A stretch of 36,981 nucleotides of DNA from Eremomyces bilateralis CBS 781.70. Taxonomy: Eukaryota. Location of the stretch: the NCBI GenBank assembly GCA_010015585.1, contig ML975198.1. One strand, given 5' to 3'. Numbering within the stretch: the stretch's first letter is position 1; every line of letters starts with the position of its first letter. Under the pieces are notes generated by a model. The model was given only the letters and a program-made list of their open reading frames with translations. It was not told where the DNA came from and did no database searches. Below are positions 1-8,806 of this stretch, piece by piece. The position numbers and the translations under genes are program-made.

Positions 1-223
1 GACGACGAAAGAGAAGGACTGGTTGCTCTCTTGGTGGAGGTCTCATTACCATGAGTACCCACGTATGGCTGCAGCTGCCAGAGATTATTTGGCTATACCA
101 GCATCTGGGGTATCAGTCGAAAGACTGTTCAGTGGGGGAAGAGATCTCTTAGGAGTGCGGAGGAGCTCAATGAGTGCAGAGACTATGAGGCGTCTTATGA
201 TGCTGCGAGATACATGGAAATAG
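1..223 (+). CDS. C-terminus of hAT transposase (hATC dimerisation domain), 5' partial
   Basis: LSWWRSH..EYPRMAAAARDYLAIPASGVSVERLFSGG..L..RRSSMS.ETM..LM matches the hAT C-terminal dimerisation motif (WW...P.LA..A.D.L.IPA.S...ER.FS). Confidence 0.92.
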   Translation, partial: TTKEKDWLLSWWRSHYHEYPRMAAAARDYLAIPASGVSVERLFSGGRDLLGVRRSSMSAETMRRLMMLRDTWK

Positions 224-360
224 CTTCAGAGATTTACGAATAATTACGAATAATTACGAATAATGCGAATATTATTCGTACGAATATTAGTAAGCGGAAA
301 TTCTAAATTTTATTCGTATTCGACTACGAATATTCGTACGAATATTCGTGTCCAGCCCTA
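1..360 (+). mobile_element. Right end of a hAT-superfamily DNA transposon (left part outside window)
   Basis: hAT dimerisation-domain ORF to 223, then subterminal ACGAATA repeats in both orientations (tandem TTACGAATAA x3 near 235-263; perfect 24-bp palindrome ACGAATATTCGTACGAATATTCGT at 326-349). Ends in ...GTCCAGCCCTA at 360 (reverse complement TAGGGCTGGAC, a typical hAT-like terminus). Confidence 0.85.
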
Positions 361-410
361 ATTGTGAACCTCACTGTTTGTTCCCTTGTCCCTCTTTGAG
401 GCTGCCTATA

Positions 411-1470
411 ATGCTCTCTTGGGTTCTACAACTTGGTCTTCTTCTCTCACCTTCTCAGCTTCAGGAACAAAATGTGACCATCCACGAGCCGCTCGCATGG
501 TATGCGCCGCCCTTGCCTTTGGATGTATCTCCAGAGCTATTCTTATGGAAAAGATCATCCTTACTCCGACGGGACCGTTGTACTGATGCATTCGGATCCA
601 ATGCTCTTACAAACATCTGCACACCGAGCAGAACACTTTGCTGTAATACCCCATATATCCAGCCGCATCTCATCTTCGATATGTTGACAAACAAGCAGGC
701 GTCCGGAAGAATCAAAACTTTCCTCAATGTGTTCAAGGACAGGGCCAGGGGTGGTGCTGTCCCGGAGAGTATGTGCTTTACCAAACCATTACCTTCGAAC
801 CTTGACTAACCTCACCTTCAGGAGTACGAGCGATGGGTGCTACATCGACACGGACTCGGCATGCCAACAGCCTAATTCTGTACCGTGTACACAGCTTGCT
901 CCAGGGACGGCTCGAGCATGCTGCCCGAGTGGAACACAGTGCCCGGAAACATGGAATCAGTCCTCAATCGTGCGTTGCGAGCTCCCAAGATCTGTCCTCC
1001 TTTCGAGCTCATCCTCGACCTTTACGTCGCCTACTGTGTCTACTAGACCCACATCATCCACGTCATCCACGTCATCTAGCCCATCTACATCGGCCACATC
1101 ATCATCCGATCTTCCACCGTCGAGTACGGCACCAACAAGAAGTGCAAACAGCGAAAAGCAGCCAACATCGCCACCGATCGAGACCAATCGTTCAGCAGGT
1201 CTCTCTGTAGGCGAGATCGCGGGGATTGCGATTGCTTCGGCGGGAGTTATTGGCATCATTGCCTCGATTGGATTTTTCATCTGGAGACGCAGGCAAAAGA
1301 AGATGCTGGAGCGACCTTCAGTTCGACAGTTGCAGGGGACGTACCCGGAGTTAATGGGCTTAAACCCGCAAAAGTACCCTGCCAGCACGAACCTAGGTGA
1401 GGTCGTACCTCAAGAGATGAATGCCCGACGTACTGTTTATGAAATTGATGGCAACGAGAGAAGAGAATAA
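411..1470 (+). CDS. Cys-rich, Ser/Thr-rich single-pass membrane protein (Mid2/cell-surface-sensor-like); 3 exons: 411-642, 699-768, 822-1470
   Basis: Hydrophobic N-terminus MLSWVLQLGLLL. Introns 643-698 (GTAATA..CAG) and 769-821 (GTATGT..CTAAC..CAG) give a continuous Cys-rich ectodomain (TLCCVRK..GWCCPGE..GCYID..ACCPSGTQC), an S/T stalk, a TM helix GLSVGEIAGIAIASAGVIGIIASIGFFIW followed by RRRQKK, and a tail ending YEIDG. Confidence 0.8.
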
Positions 1471-1512
1471 TGAGCCGGAATTGTTCCGAGAATCCTCAAG
1501 TGTATATAATAA

Positions 1513-2056
1513 TAATGTCCCTGGGACGATGGTGGAATGGTAACTGGAGTGATAGGTGCACAGAAAGACTCAGAGGAACTGAGTTCGAATCTGTGCAGAG
1601 TCACTACAGGAAATCTTCTGTCACACCGCCCAGGGATGCCCCCCGGAACACTTTTCCACAAGCCCTCACGACGACTCCTCAATTGACCAAAAACAAATAC
1701 AACGGACATTTTCGGCAACAGACATTTTCCAAACGAAAAAACCAAAGCGGAGTGAGGGATAATAACCCCAACGGACAAAAAGGGCTCAGCCAGCCCAAAA
1801 TCAACTAAGAGAAACTAAGAGATAACTTGCGACGGGGAGCAATATTGCTGTATTGTTCCACCACGCCGCGGAAGCACCGACCAAGAAGGAGAGCCACGAA
1901 GGCAAAAACGAAAGGACAATTACTACTACAAAGGAGGAGGCGGGGTTTTACGTACCCATAGCCCTGGCAATGGGGAAACTTTTACCGCGACATACTAAAT
2001 AGTAAAATGACCGTGTTCATAGACCATAACGGGAACCGGATAGCACGTTAAATTGA

Positions 2057-2082
<26 letters not shown>
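1513..2082 (+). mobile_element. tRNA-promoter SINE-like non-autonomous retroelement with LINE-derived 3' end
   Basis: A-box TGGTGGAATGG (1530-1540) and B-box GTTCGAATC (1583-1591). 3' ~200 bp resembles the 3' UTR of the adjacent LINE. (TTA)9 tail, and a 10-bp direct repeat TATATAATAA at 1503-1512 and 2083-2092. Confidence 0.65.

Positions 2083-2084
<2 letters not shown>
2058..2084 (+). repeat. (TTA)9 tail of the SINE-like element
   Basis: Nine TTA units directly after GTTAAATTGAA. Confidence 0.95.
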
Positions 2085-2088
<4 letters not shown>

Positions 2089-2092
2089 ATAA

Positions 2093-2701
2093 GAATCAAT
2101 TTAACGTACTATCTGCCATCTGGATCCCTTTCGGGTCTATGAGCACGGCATTCTATCTGGTCTGCCGCGGGCAAAAGTTTCCCTGTAGCCCTGAGGCTAC
2201 GGGTACATAAAATCCCGCCTCCTCCCTTTAGTAGACTGTCTCAAACGTTTATCATCTATCCGTACGAGTCGGTGTTTCCGCCTACGCGGAGAGCTTATTC
2301 TGGCACGTCGTGGAGGAGCTGGAACGGTTTCCAGTCCTCTATTATCTCCTCCTTAACTTCCTTGGCCACCCGGTATTGCTCTAGGCCTCCCGCATCGATC
2401 AGCTACCTTGCTGCGTGCGCACCTTGTCCCTGTTATGCAATATCCTCTTAAAGTCCGTGGTTCCAGCTCGTTGGAGGAGCGCGATCCTCTGGTCGGTCCG
2501 CTGCGGGCAAAATGCAAGGAGATGATAGAGAGACTGTCGGGGGGCACCGCACTCACACGCTGGGTGGATTCCAGGGATATCAATTTTCGCGAGCCATCCT
2601 TTAACTCCAACTACCTCAGTCCGTAGTGCCATAAGCGCCGAAGCCTCGTGTTTCTAAAGGCCGTCGTACCGGTTAAGGCACTGGGTTTCCCACGGGTTCT
2701 G
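2093..2701 (-). mobile_element. 5'-truncated, degenerate non-LTR retrotransposon (LINE, Tad1/CgT1-like) 3' fragment
   Basis: Minus-strand translation PWETQCLNRYDGL*KHEASALMALRTEVVGVKGWLAKIDIPGIHPACECGAPRQSLYHLLAFCP fits the C-terminal CxC..H..C zinc knuckle of fungal LINE ORF2. It carries a stop and a frameshift, followed by a 3' UTR ending GTTAAATTGATTCTTATTA. Confidence 0.8.
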
Positions 2702-5700
2702 GACTCTAATATAAGGCGAAGTCCTCGCAGCGGAAAAGGGAAGAATAGGCGTTATTACTACGGAGAGCGGATATTATAGATGGACTACTCCGACTCGATA
2801 TCCGAAGGTAAGCCCCATTCGTGGGTTTTATTTCTATCTTCTAAGGGCTGGTGACGTAGGTTAGCACAAGACTGAATACTCTACTGGAACAAAACATACT
2901 AGTATCGCCATCATATCGTTATCGGGATCTAGATCAGCCGTCGCTCCTCCCGTCTCGTAAGGTGGCACTATTATTCGGTCTTCATCTCTCGTGACCTTGG
3001 CGTTAAACAGTTCTAGCTTCTTTGTCGCCACCCTTTCGAGCCCGATAGTGTGTATGTCCGGCGCTTGATGTGTGGCTTGCCTACCGCCCCGGTAAAATTT
3101 AATCGAATCGCACGCCAACTCAAATGCCAGGATATGAATATCATCCACTGGAGAGGGCACGGAATGCTTGGAGCTTTCCTTCCGCGCAAATGCTTTCTCT
3201 ATCGCCTTGCGTAGATAAACAGTATATTCTGCCGTCAATGAGGTAGTCTTGAACAGAGCATCTAATCCGAAAGTCGACGTTCGACGGGCCCAAAGCTCTC
3301 TTTTTAGCTCCAGGTTTAGATATTCAAGGCTACGGTCGACTTCTTGCCAGGTATCCCGACAGCCATGCGGATTAACGAGGCTATTCGAGAGTGTTACGCG
3401 CCGAAGCTCCTTATCACAAGCTTTGGTGCTAGTGAGCCGCTTTAGATAGAGCATTTCGAATGCGTAGTTTGATTGTCCAGTCCCTTCGAAGTAAAAGCAA
3501 CAGACACCAATAACTCGATCGATGAGTCCTACATCTCCGTTCTTGATGCCGTGCTTCAAGGTCTTGTATACAACCATTTGTTGAAGGTATCGAGCATGAC
3601 TAAGGAACTCCTCATCAACTGTGTTGTTGGCATGCTTCTCCTTAGACGGTCGCCAGGCTTGCGGCTCAAATGCGGATCTGCGAACATCCTCCACTAGGTC
3701 CATAAAGCCTCTGGTATTCATGTTCCGAATTGCCTTATCAACCTCATCTTGATCCGAGATATCGATGCCGCACTGCTCGAGGCGAGTATAGAGTAGTCCA
3801 ACAACCCGAGCGTCGAAACTGTGAAGCACCAGCTCTTCCAGAACCTGAAAAGCTGCACGGGCCGCTGGAATATTCTTCCGTCCCCAGAAGTTCATGTTAT
3901 GATAGAGAGTTGAAGCATCCTGTTGCTCCATGTTTCCATTATGTGTCTTTTGCATGAGCCATAGAAAATTCATGCGCAGGTGAAAGAGAGCAGCGACTCC
4001 TACTAGCCAGTCTTTTCTATCATACGCCATAGACGCGTCGACTTGCTCAGCCTGCATAGATCGGATGAGTGAAGAGGTTTTTTGATCGCCAAACGCCAAG
4101 AACAGACGGTTGTCGAATTCCTTATTATCTAGTTGGAATTGGTGCTTGTAGATACTCTCTATAACCTCGTAGGAGCCATCTAGAGTACCTTCGTTGAAGA
4201 GAATCGGACCGAGCGTCTTACTATCTGTCTTTCGAAGCTCGAGTAGCTCGATAGCTGGCATAGCGGGGAATGGGATGTCGGAATTAGAGAAGATAGATTT
4301 AACCGATTGTGGATATGCTGTTCGAATCGCCTCCGCTATGAAGTAGCTGTCAATCTTGGAGGCAGTATCGTCGTATATGGCGGCGCTGGGAGAGTAGAAA
4401 AGGTCCTCTATTGAAAGTGGAACCTCGCGGTATAGCATCGACTTCCTTAATCCACCTGGGGGAATGTCGGCGCCTCTGAAAACTTTCCCCGTTATTACAG
4501 AGCGCATTTCTACATGGTTTGAAATAAGCTAGTGCTTAACACATTCTCGATAGTCGAAATTATTGTAGACAACACAAGCGTCCAGCAGCTGGCCGTATCG
4601 ACGGACCGTTCCCTACGAACGGTTAGTCGAAATCCATTCCGAGAGACGGTGGCGATGCCTTCGCTTGCTCTGCCACAGTTTTAAGGTGCTTGTGAACCCC
4701 TTTATACCCTTCACAAAGCCCAAAATGGTGTAATAGATCGAGGACACGCCGTTTAACGCCATTGGAGTGTAGAAAGGCACCAAATACGCGGGGAAACTTG
4801 TTACTTCCTTCCGAGGCTCGAGAATAACAGAGAATCGACGTAATTATCGCAGTCCTGTGCTTGAATTTGGAAGGATCTCGTGGCGGTCGATCTTTTCTCT
4901 CTATCTTCGGCGCCATGAGACCGTCGAGCAGTCCACATAGAAGAGGAGCATGGGTATGGACTTGCTCATACATCCGGCCGAACCGCATGTCGTCGAGTAT
5001 GCACTCGTAGTCCTCTGGTTTCTGGCCATCTTCAGACTGCCCCTCCCGCCTAATACCGCCTTGTAGAGACTTCTCTTGTTCGCGGTCGACCTGGTAGGCA
5101 CTAAACATACCTCCGGCCTCTTCCAGCGCTTTCATTTCTTTTCTCAGTGCCTTCACGGTGACAATTCCTCCCACACTAGACGCAGGATGTTGTCGTATTG
5201 CCTCTAGTACCTCTGGTTGAGTGTATATCGCGTCTGCAAGGCGTTTGGCACGCGTCGCAGGTCGATCTCCGTAGCCGTCATCACCTTGAGTTGTTACGTA
5301 CACTCGAATAAATTCGGCAAGCGTCAAGTGGTGTGTTTTAGACATGTATTTGCATATGTCGCTCACTCGCTTTTCTGACGTCCATACTCGTGATCTTGCG
5401 CGTTTACGATGGACACCGGCCGTCAAAGCAGCAGTTCGTGGCTGTTCTCTGCTCTCAAGAGGCGTTGGGTTCAGTCGTACGCTGCGCCGAGAGGTTCGAT
5501 CTGACATCGTCAAAATTTCACTGGGCTGTTAAGAAATGATAGAGGATTCGATTGAACGTGTCGATTTTACTGTACGATAGCTCCTTGTGGAGAAAAACGA
5601 CGTTGAAGTGGTTAACTTGCTCTCATACAAACGATCTCGACTTAGGCCAAAAATCAATGACAGGATCCTCAGGCTATTTGGTAGAGAACCTTACCGATTA

Positions 5701-5771
5701 GGTATAGCGCGGTTCGTTGCCTCAGGCACTACCACAATGGTGAATGCATGTGGCCTGGGCTTGCTGAGGTA
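2702..5771. mobile_element. AcademH-like DNA transposon, copy 1 (left part including most of the helicase missing; right TIR 5658-5771)
   Basis: 2702-3331 aligns without gaps to 36352-36981 (36 mismatches in 630 bp by manual count). Contains the last ~25 helicase codons (stop 2777-2779), a full transposase-like gene, and a terminal repeat ending GCTTGCTGAGGTA that is the reverse complement of the ends at 31187 and 33120. Confidence 0.8.
2785..5507 (-). pseudogene. DUF6589-like/Academ-type transposase, ~874 aa, 3 exons (5507-4659, 4612-2900, 2847-2785), premature TAG at 4531-4529
   Basis: ORFs 4623-5513 and 2861-4507 join through a GC-AG intron (4658-4613, CTAAC branch). Motifs seen: SNKFPRVFGAFLHSNGVKRRVLDLLHHFGLCEGY, Y(N)NFD, FGDQ, LFHL, SNYAFEM, EYLN. 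A second intron (2899-2848, GTATGT..CTAAC..CAG) gives an acidic C-terminus. Confidence 0.75.
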
Positions 5772-5823
5772 AGCTGGGGCCAGACGGCAAAGGCCTCCCC
5801 TACCACTATATGGCGTTCCGTTA

Positions 5824-6195
5824 ACGTATTCCACAAGCGAGTGGCCCATACAAGCGAGTGGCCCAGCTCATTTTACTAGTAAATTCGACAAAATTCGATA
5901 TCAATATCTCAACAACCACTGGGTAATATAGTCTGAAAACTTAGAATTAGGTTTTCCTATNNNNNNNNNNNNNNNNNNNNNNNNNNNNNNNNNNNNNNNN
6001 NNNNNNNNNNNNNNNNNNNNNNNNNNNNNNNNNNNNNNNNNNNNNNNNNNNNNNNNNNNNNNNNNNNNNNNNNNNNNNNNNNNNNNNNNNNNNNNGTTTT
6101 CAGACTATATTATCCAGTGGTTGTTGAGATATTGATATCGAATTTTGTCGAATTTACTAGTAAAATGAGCTGGGCCACTCGCTTGTGGAATACGT
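5824..6195. mobile_element. Tc1/mariner pogo/Fot1-like element with long TIRs; interior hidden in the assembly gap
   Basis: TA|ACGTATTCCACAAGCGAGTGGCCCA... and ...TGGGCCACTCGCTTGTGGAATACGT|TA. About 100 bp of near-perfect inverted repeat flank the N run; TA target duplication at 5822-5823 and 6196-6197. Confidence 0.88.
5961..6095. other. Assembly gap (135 N)
   Basis: Run of N. Confidence 1.
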
Positions 6196-6883
6196 TAGTT
6201 AGTTAGTTAACTATCTAATAGTTATTACATCGTGACGAGATGTTGTGGTAGCTTCGAGAGGTAATGAATCAGTGTCAATCAAATTACTTTCCTATATGGT
6301 AAAGACCAGCAAAGCAACGCATCAAATAATCACTCCAGCAACGTTGATTTCAGAGTAATTAATAGCGAACCATAACTCCGCGTAACAATAGAAACATGCT
6401 GATCCCTGACTTTGAATACCAGTTAATAGAGGACCCCGTACTTGTGTATTACCGAACTTGGACGATACGCCGGAAATATTCTGTAGGGGTATCCATATGG
6501 TGCTGCTTCTTCAAGTTCAGCCTAGCTTACTCTAACTTACGGAGAACTTACGGACATACGGAGATGCTGTTTAACTTACCTTCTGGGTTCGATATAGTTG
6601 ATAAGATGTGGATATTTGCAGCCTCTTCGATTTCCGCAATTTGTCAGGCTCTGACAAATCTTCCCCGGACCAGAGCCTATCCGAACCAACCACTACGACG
6701 CTGACAAAAAGACCAATGTTGGATTCTGTCTTCAACTTCAAACATGTAGGTATTGAAGGCTTCTTGGGAGTCTGACGTGATAATAATATGCGGCCTTTAG
6801 AAGTCAGGGCGGGCCATACTCGAGCCTTCAGTAATCTCGGATGAACGCAACTTAGAGTTTATTCCTGCCCAGCTTTAAACATC

Positions 6884-7924
6884 ATGTCGTCTATCGTTGC
6901 TGTCGCCGGTGGCACTGGCGGCCTTGGCCGTACTATTGTCGGAGCCATTGTCGGAGATGGCAAATACGAAGTCATTGTTTTAAGCAGGAAGGTAAACAAC
7001 CTAACCCGCCATCCGCGTACAATGACTGAACTCGATATATAGGCCGATGCAGAGAAGGAGAAGGAAATCGGCGTCCGCATTGTTCCCGTGGACTACACCA
7101 GCGTTGACGCTCTGGTAAAGGTCCTCGAGGAAAACAAAGTGGACACCATCCTCGCAACTGTGAACGGACAGGCCGATCCAGAAGTTAATCTTATCGCCGC
7201 AGCCGACAAAGCCACATCAACCAAGCGCTACGTTCCCACCGTCTGGGGGGTGAAAATTCCGGATGAGTGAGACATATATATTTTCATTCCCTTAGGTCAT
7301 GAGGACTGACTCTATTCAAGAATGGCCGCCCTATCTTCCATTTCCAAGGCCAAGCATGCCATTCTTGCTGCTCTGGCTGGCACCACATCACTCGAATATA
7401 CAGTATGGTATCCTGGCTTCTTCAGCGACTACTACGTTGCACCGAACGTGAAGACTCACATGTCGATCATCAACGTCGTGATAGACGTGCCTAATAACAC
7501 TGCTGCGATCCCGGGATCTGGCGATGTTCTCGTGGTGCTGACGCATAGCTCCGACATAGCGAAATTCGCGGCGGCATCGCTTGCGCTGCCGAAGTGGCAA
7601 CCGGAAACATATCTGATCGGCGATAAAGTCACATGGAATGAGGTGCTTGCTATCGCCGAGGAGGCCAAGGGAGTCAAGTTCCAGGTGGCCTACGATTCGA
7701 TCGAGACTTTGAAGTCGGGAAAGGTTACTGAGCTTCCAGGCAACGTCGCAATGTATCCTTTCCTGCCCAAGGAGCAATTTCAAAGCATTCTTTCTATGTT
7801 TGGGATCTTGTTTTCTTCTGGATATTATGATTTCAAGCCAGAGCATCCCATCAACGAGAGCTTCCCAGAGATCAAGACAAGGACTGTCAAGGAGCTGATG
7901 ACCGAGGCTTGGAAAGGAAAATAG
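6884..7924 (+). CDS. NmrA-like / isoflavone-reductase-like NAD(P)-binding oxidoreductase; exons 6884-6991, 7043-7266, 7321-7924
   Basis: N-terminal Rossmann motif VAVAGGTGGLGRTIV, then VDY, NLIAAA...KRYVPTVWG, LEYT...PGFF.DY, AAIPGSGD, DIAKF and GDKVTWNE. Two GT-AG introns keep the frame. Confidence 0.9.
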
Positions 7925-8806
7925 CTCATAGCTCTGTAGTACTGTAGCGTTATGCGTACGTTGAGGGGCTGGTAATTAGGAAATTGCAGACAAGTCCATC
8001 AGATGCCCTCTGTGATGAGCTTGGCTCTCGCACCAAACTGATGCCTATGGTGCCTGTGCTTTTAACCGCTGAGAAGCCCAAGATCAGATGTTCAGTGGCT
8101 CCAATCACTCCAGCCACTCCAGTCCACTTTTGTACAGCGAAGGTCGGGTATTCAGCGTTCGGATCTTGACAGTGACGGTAACAGCGTGTTACAGAAATAC
8201 GTGTAGGAAGCCTTTCGAAGGTATCCATTGTCGCTATAAAACTAGATCAACCAGCAATCAAGCATAGCAGATGTTGCCTTCGCAACATCTGCCTAATCTT
8301 CACCACTTTTGTCCCTTACTCGTTCGACTTCTTTCTCTCGATCTCTCCACTTTCGCTGCTAAAGTTCTCGTCCCTGATGGATTCGGATTCGCCGTCCCCC
8401 TCTCCAACCATGGAATCCTTCTAGTGCAAAAGTACCTTCGGGCTAGTGAACATCTCGTGACTTGAACCATAAAACGCTATTGATGATCGTAATAAAAGAG
8501 GAGCTCAGACAAAAGTTGCATAAGAAGTGGCGACATTTGGATAGTTGTCGTTTTAAGTAAAAACTAATTGCCCCTTTCGCAAAATGGTTGAGTGTAGGCG
8601 AGGAGCGCGGGAACCAAGCCCGTGGTGAAGTCAATTGGAAAATTCCATCTCTTCTGGCAGGCTTAAAATGCAGCAAATATGAGCAGAGACAGTGTCTCTA
8701 CAATTGATAAGAGATGGAAGCTAAATAGCGAAGAATAAGAGACGTGGAATATTTGCGAAAGTTGTCGAGATACAAAGGGGGACGTCTCTGCTCCTTTCGC
8801 TATTAT

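Noticed and set aside
2170..2215. Self-cleaving ribozyme in the LINE 3' UTR
   Set aside because: A hairpin is present, but the hammerhead CTGANGA core is missing; better explained as a 3' recognition stem-loop.
7950..8465. Short ORFs between the NmrA-like gene and the Helitron-like element
   Set aside because: No motif, signal or convincing exon structure.
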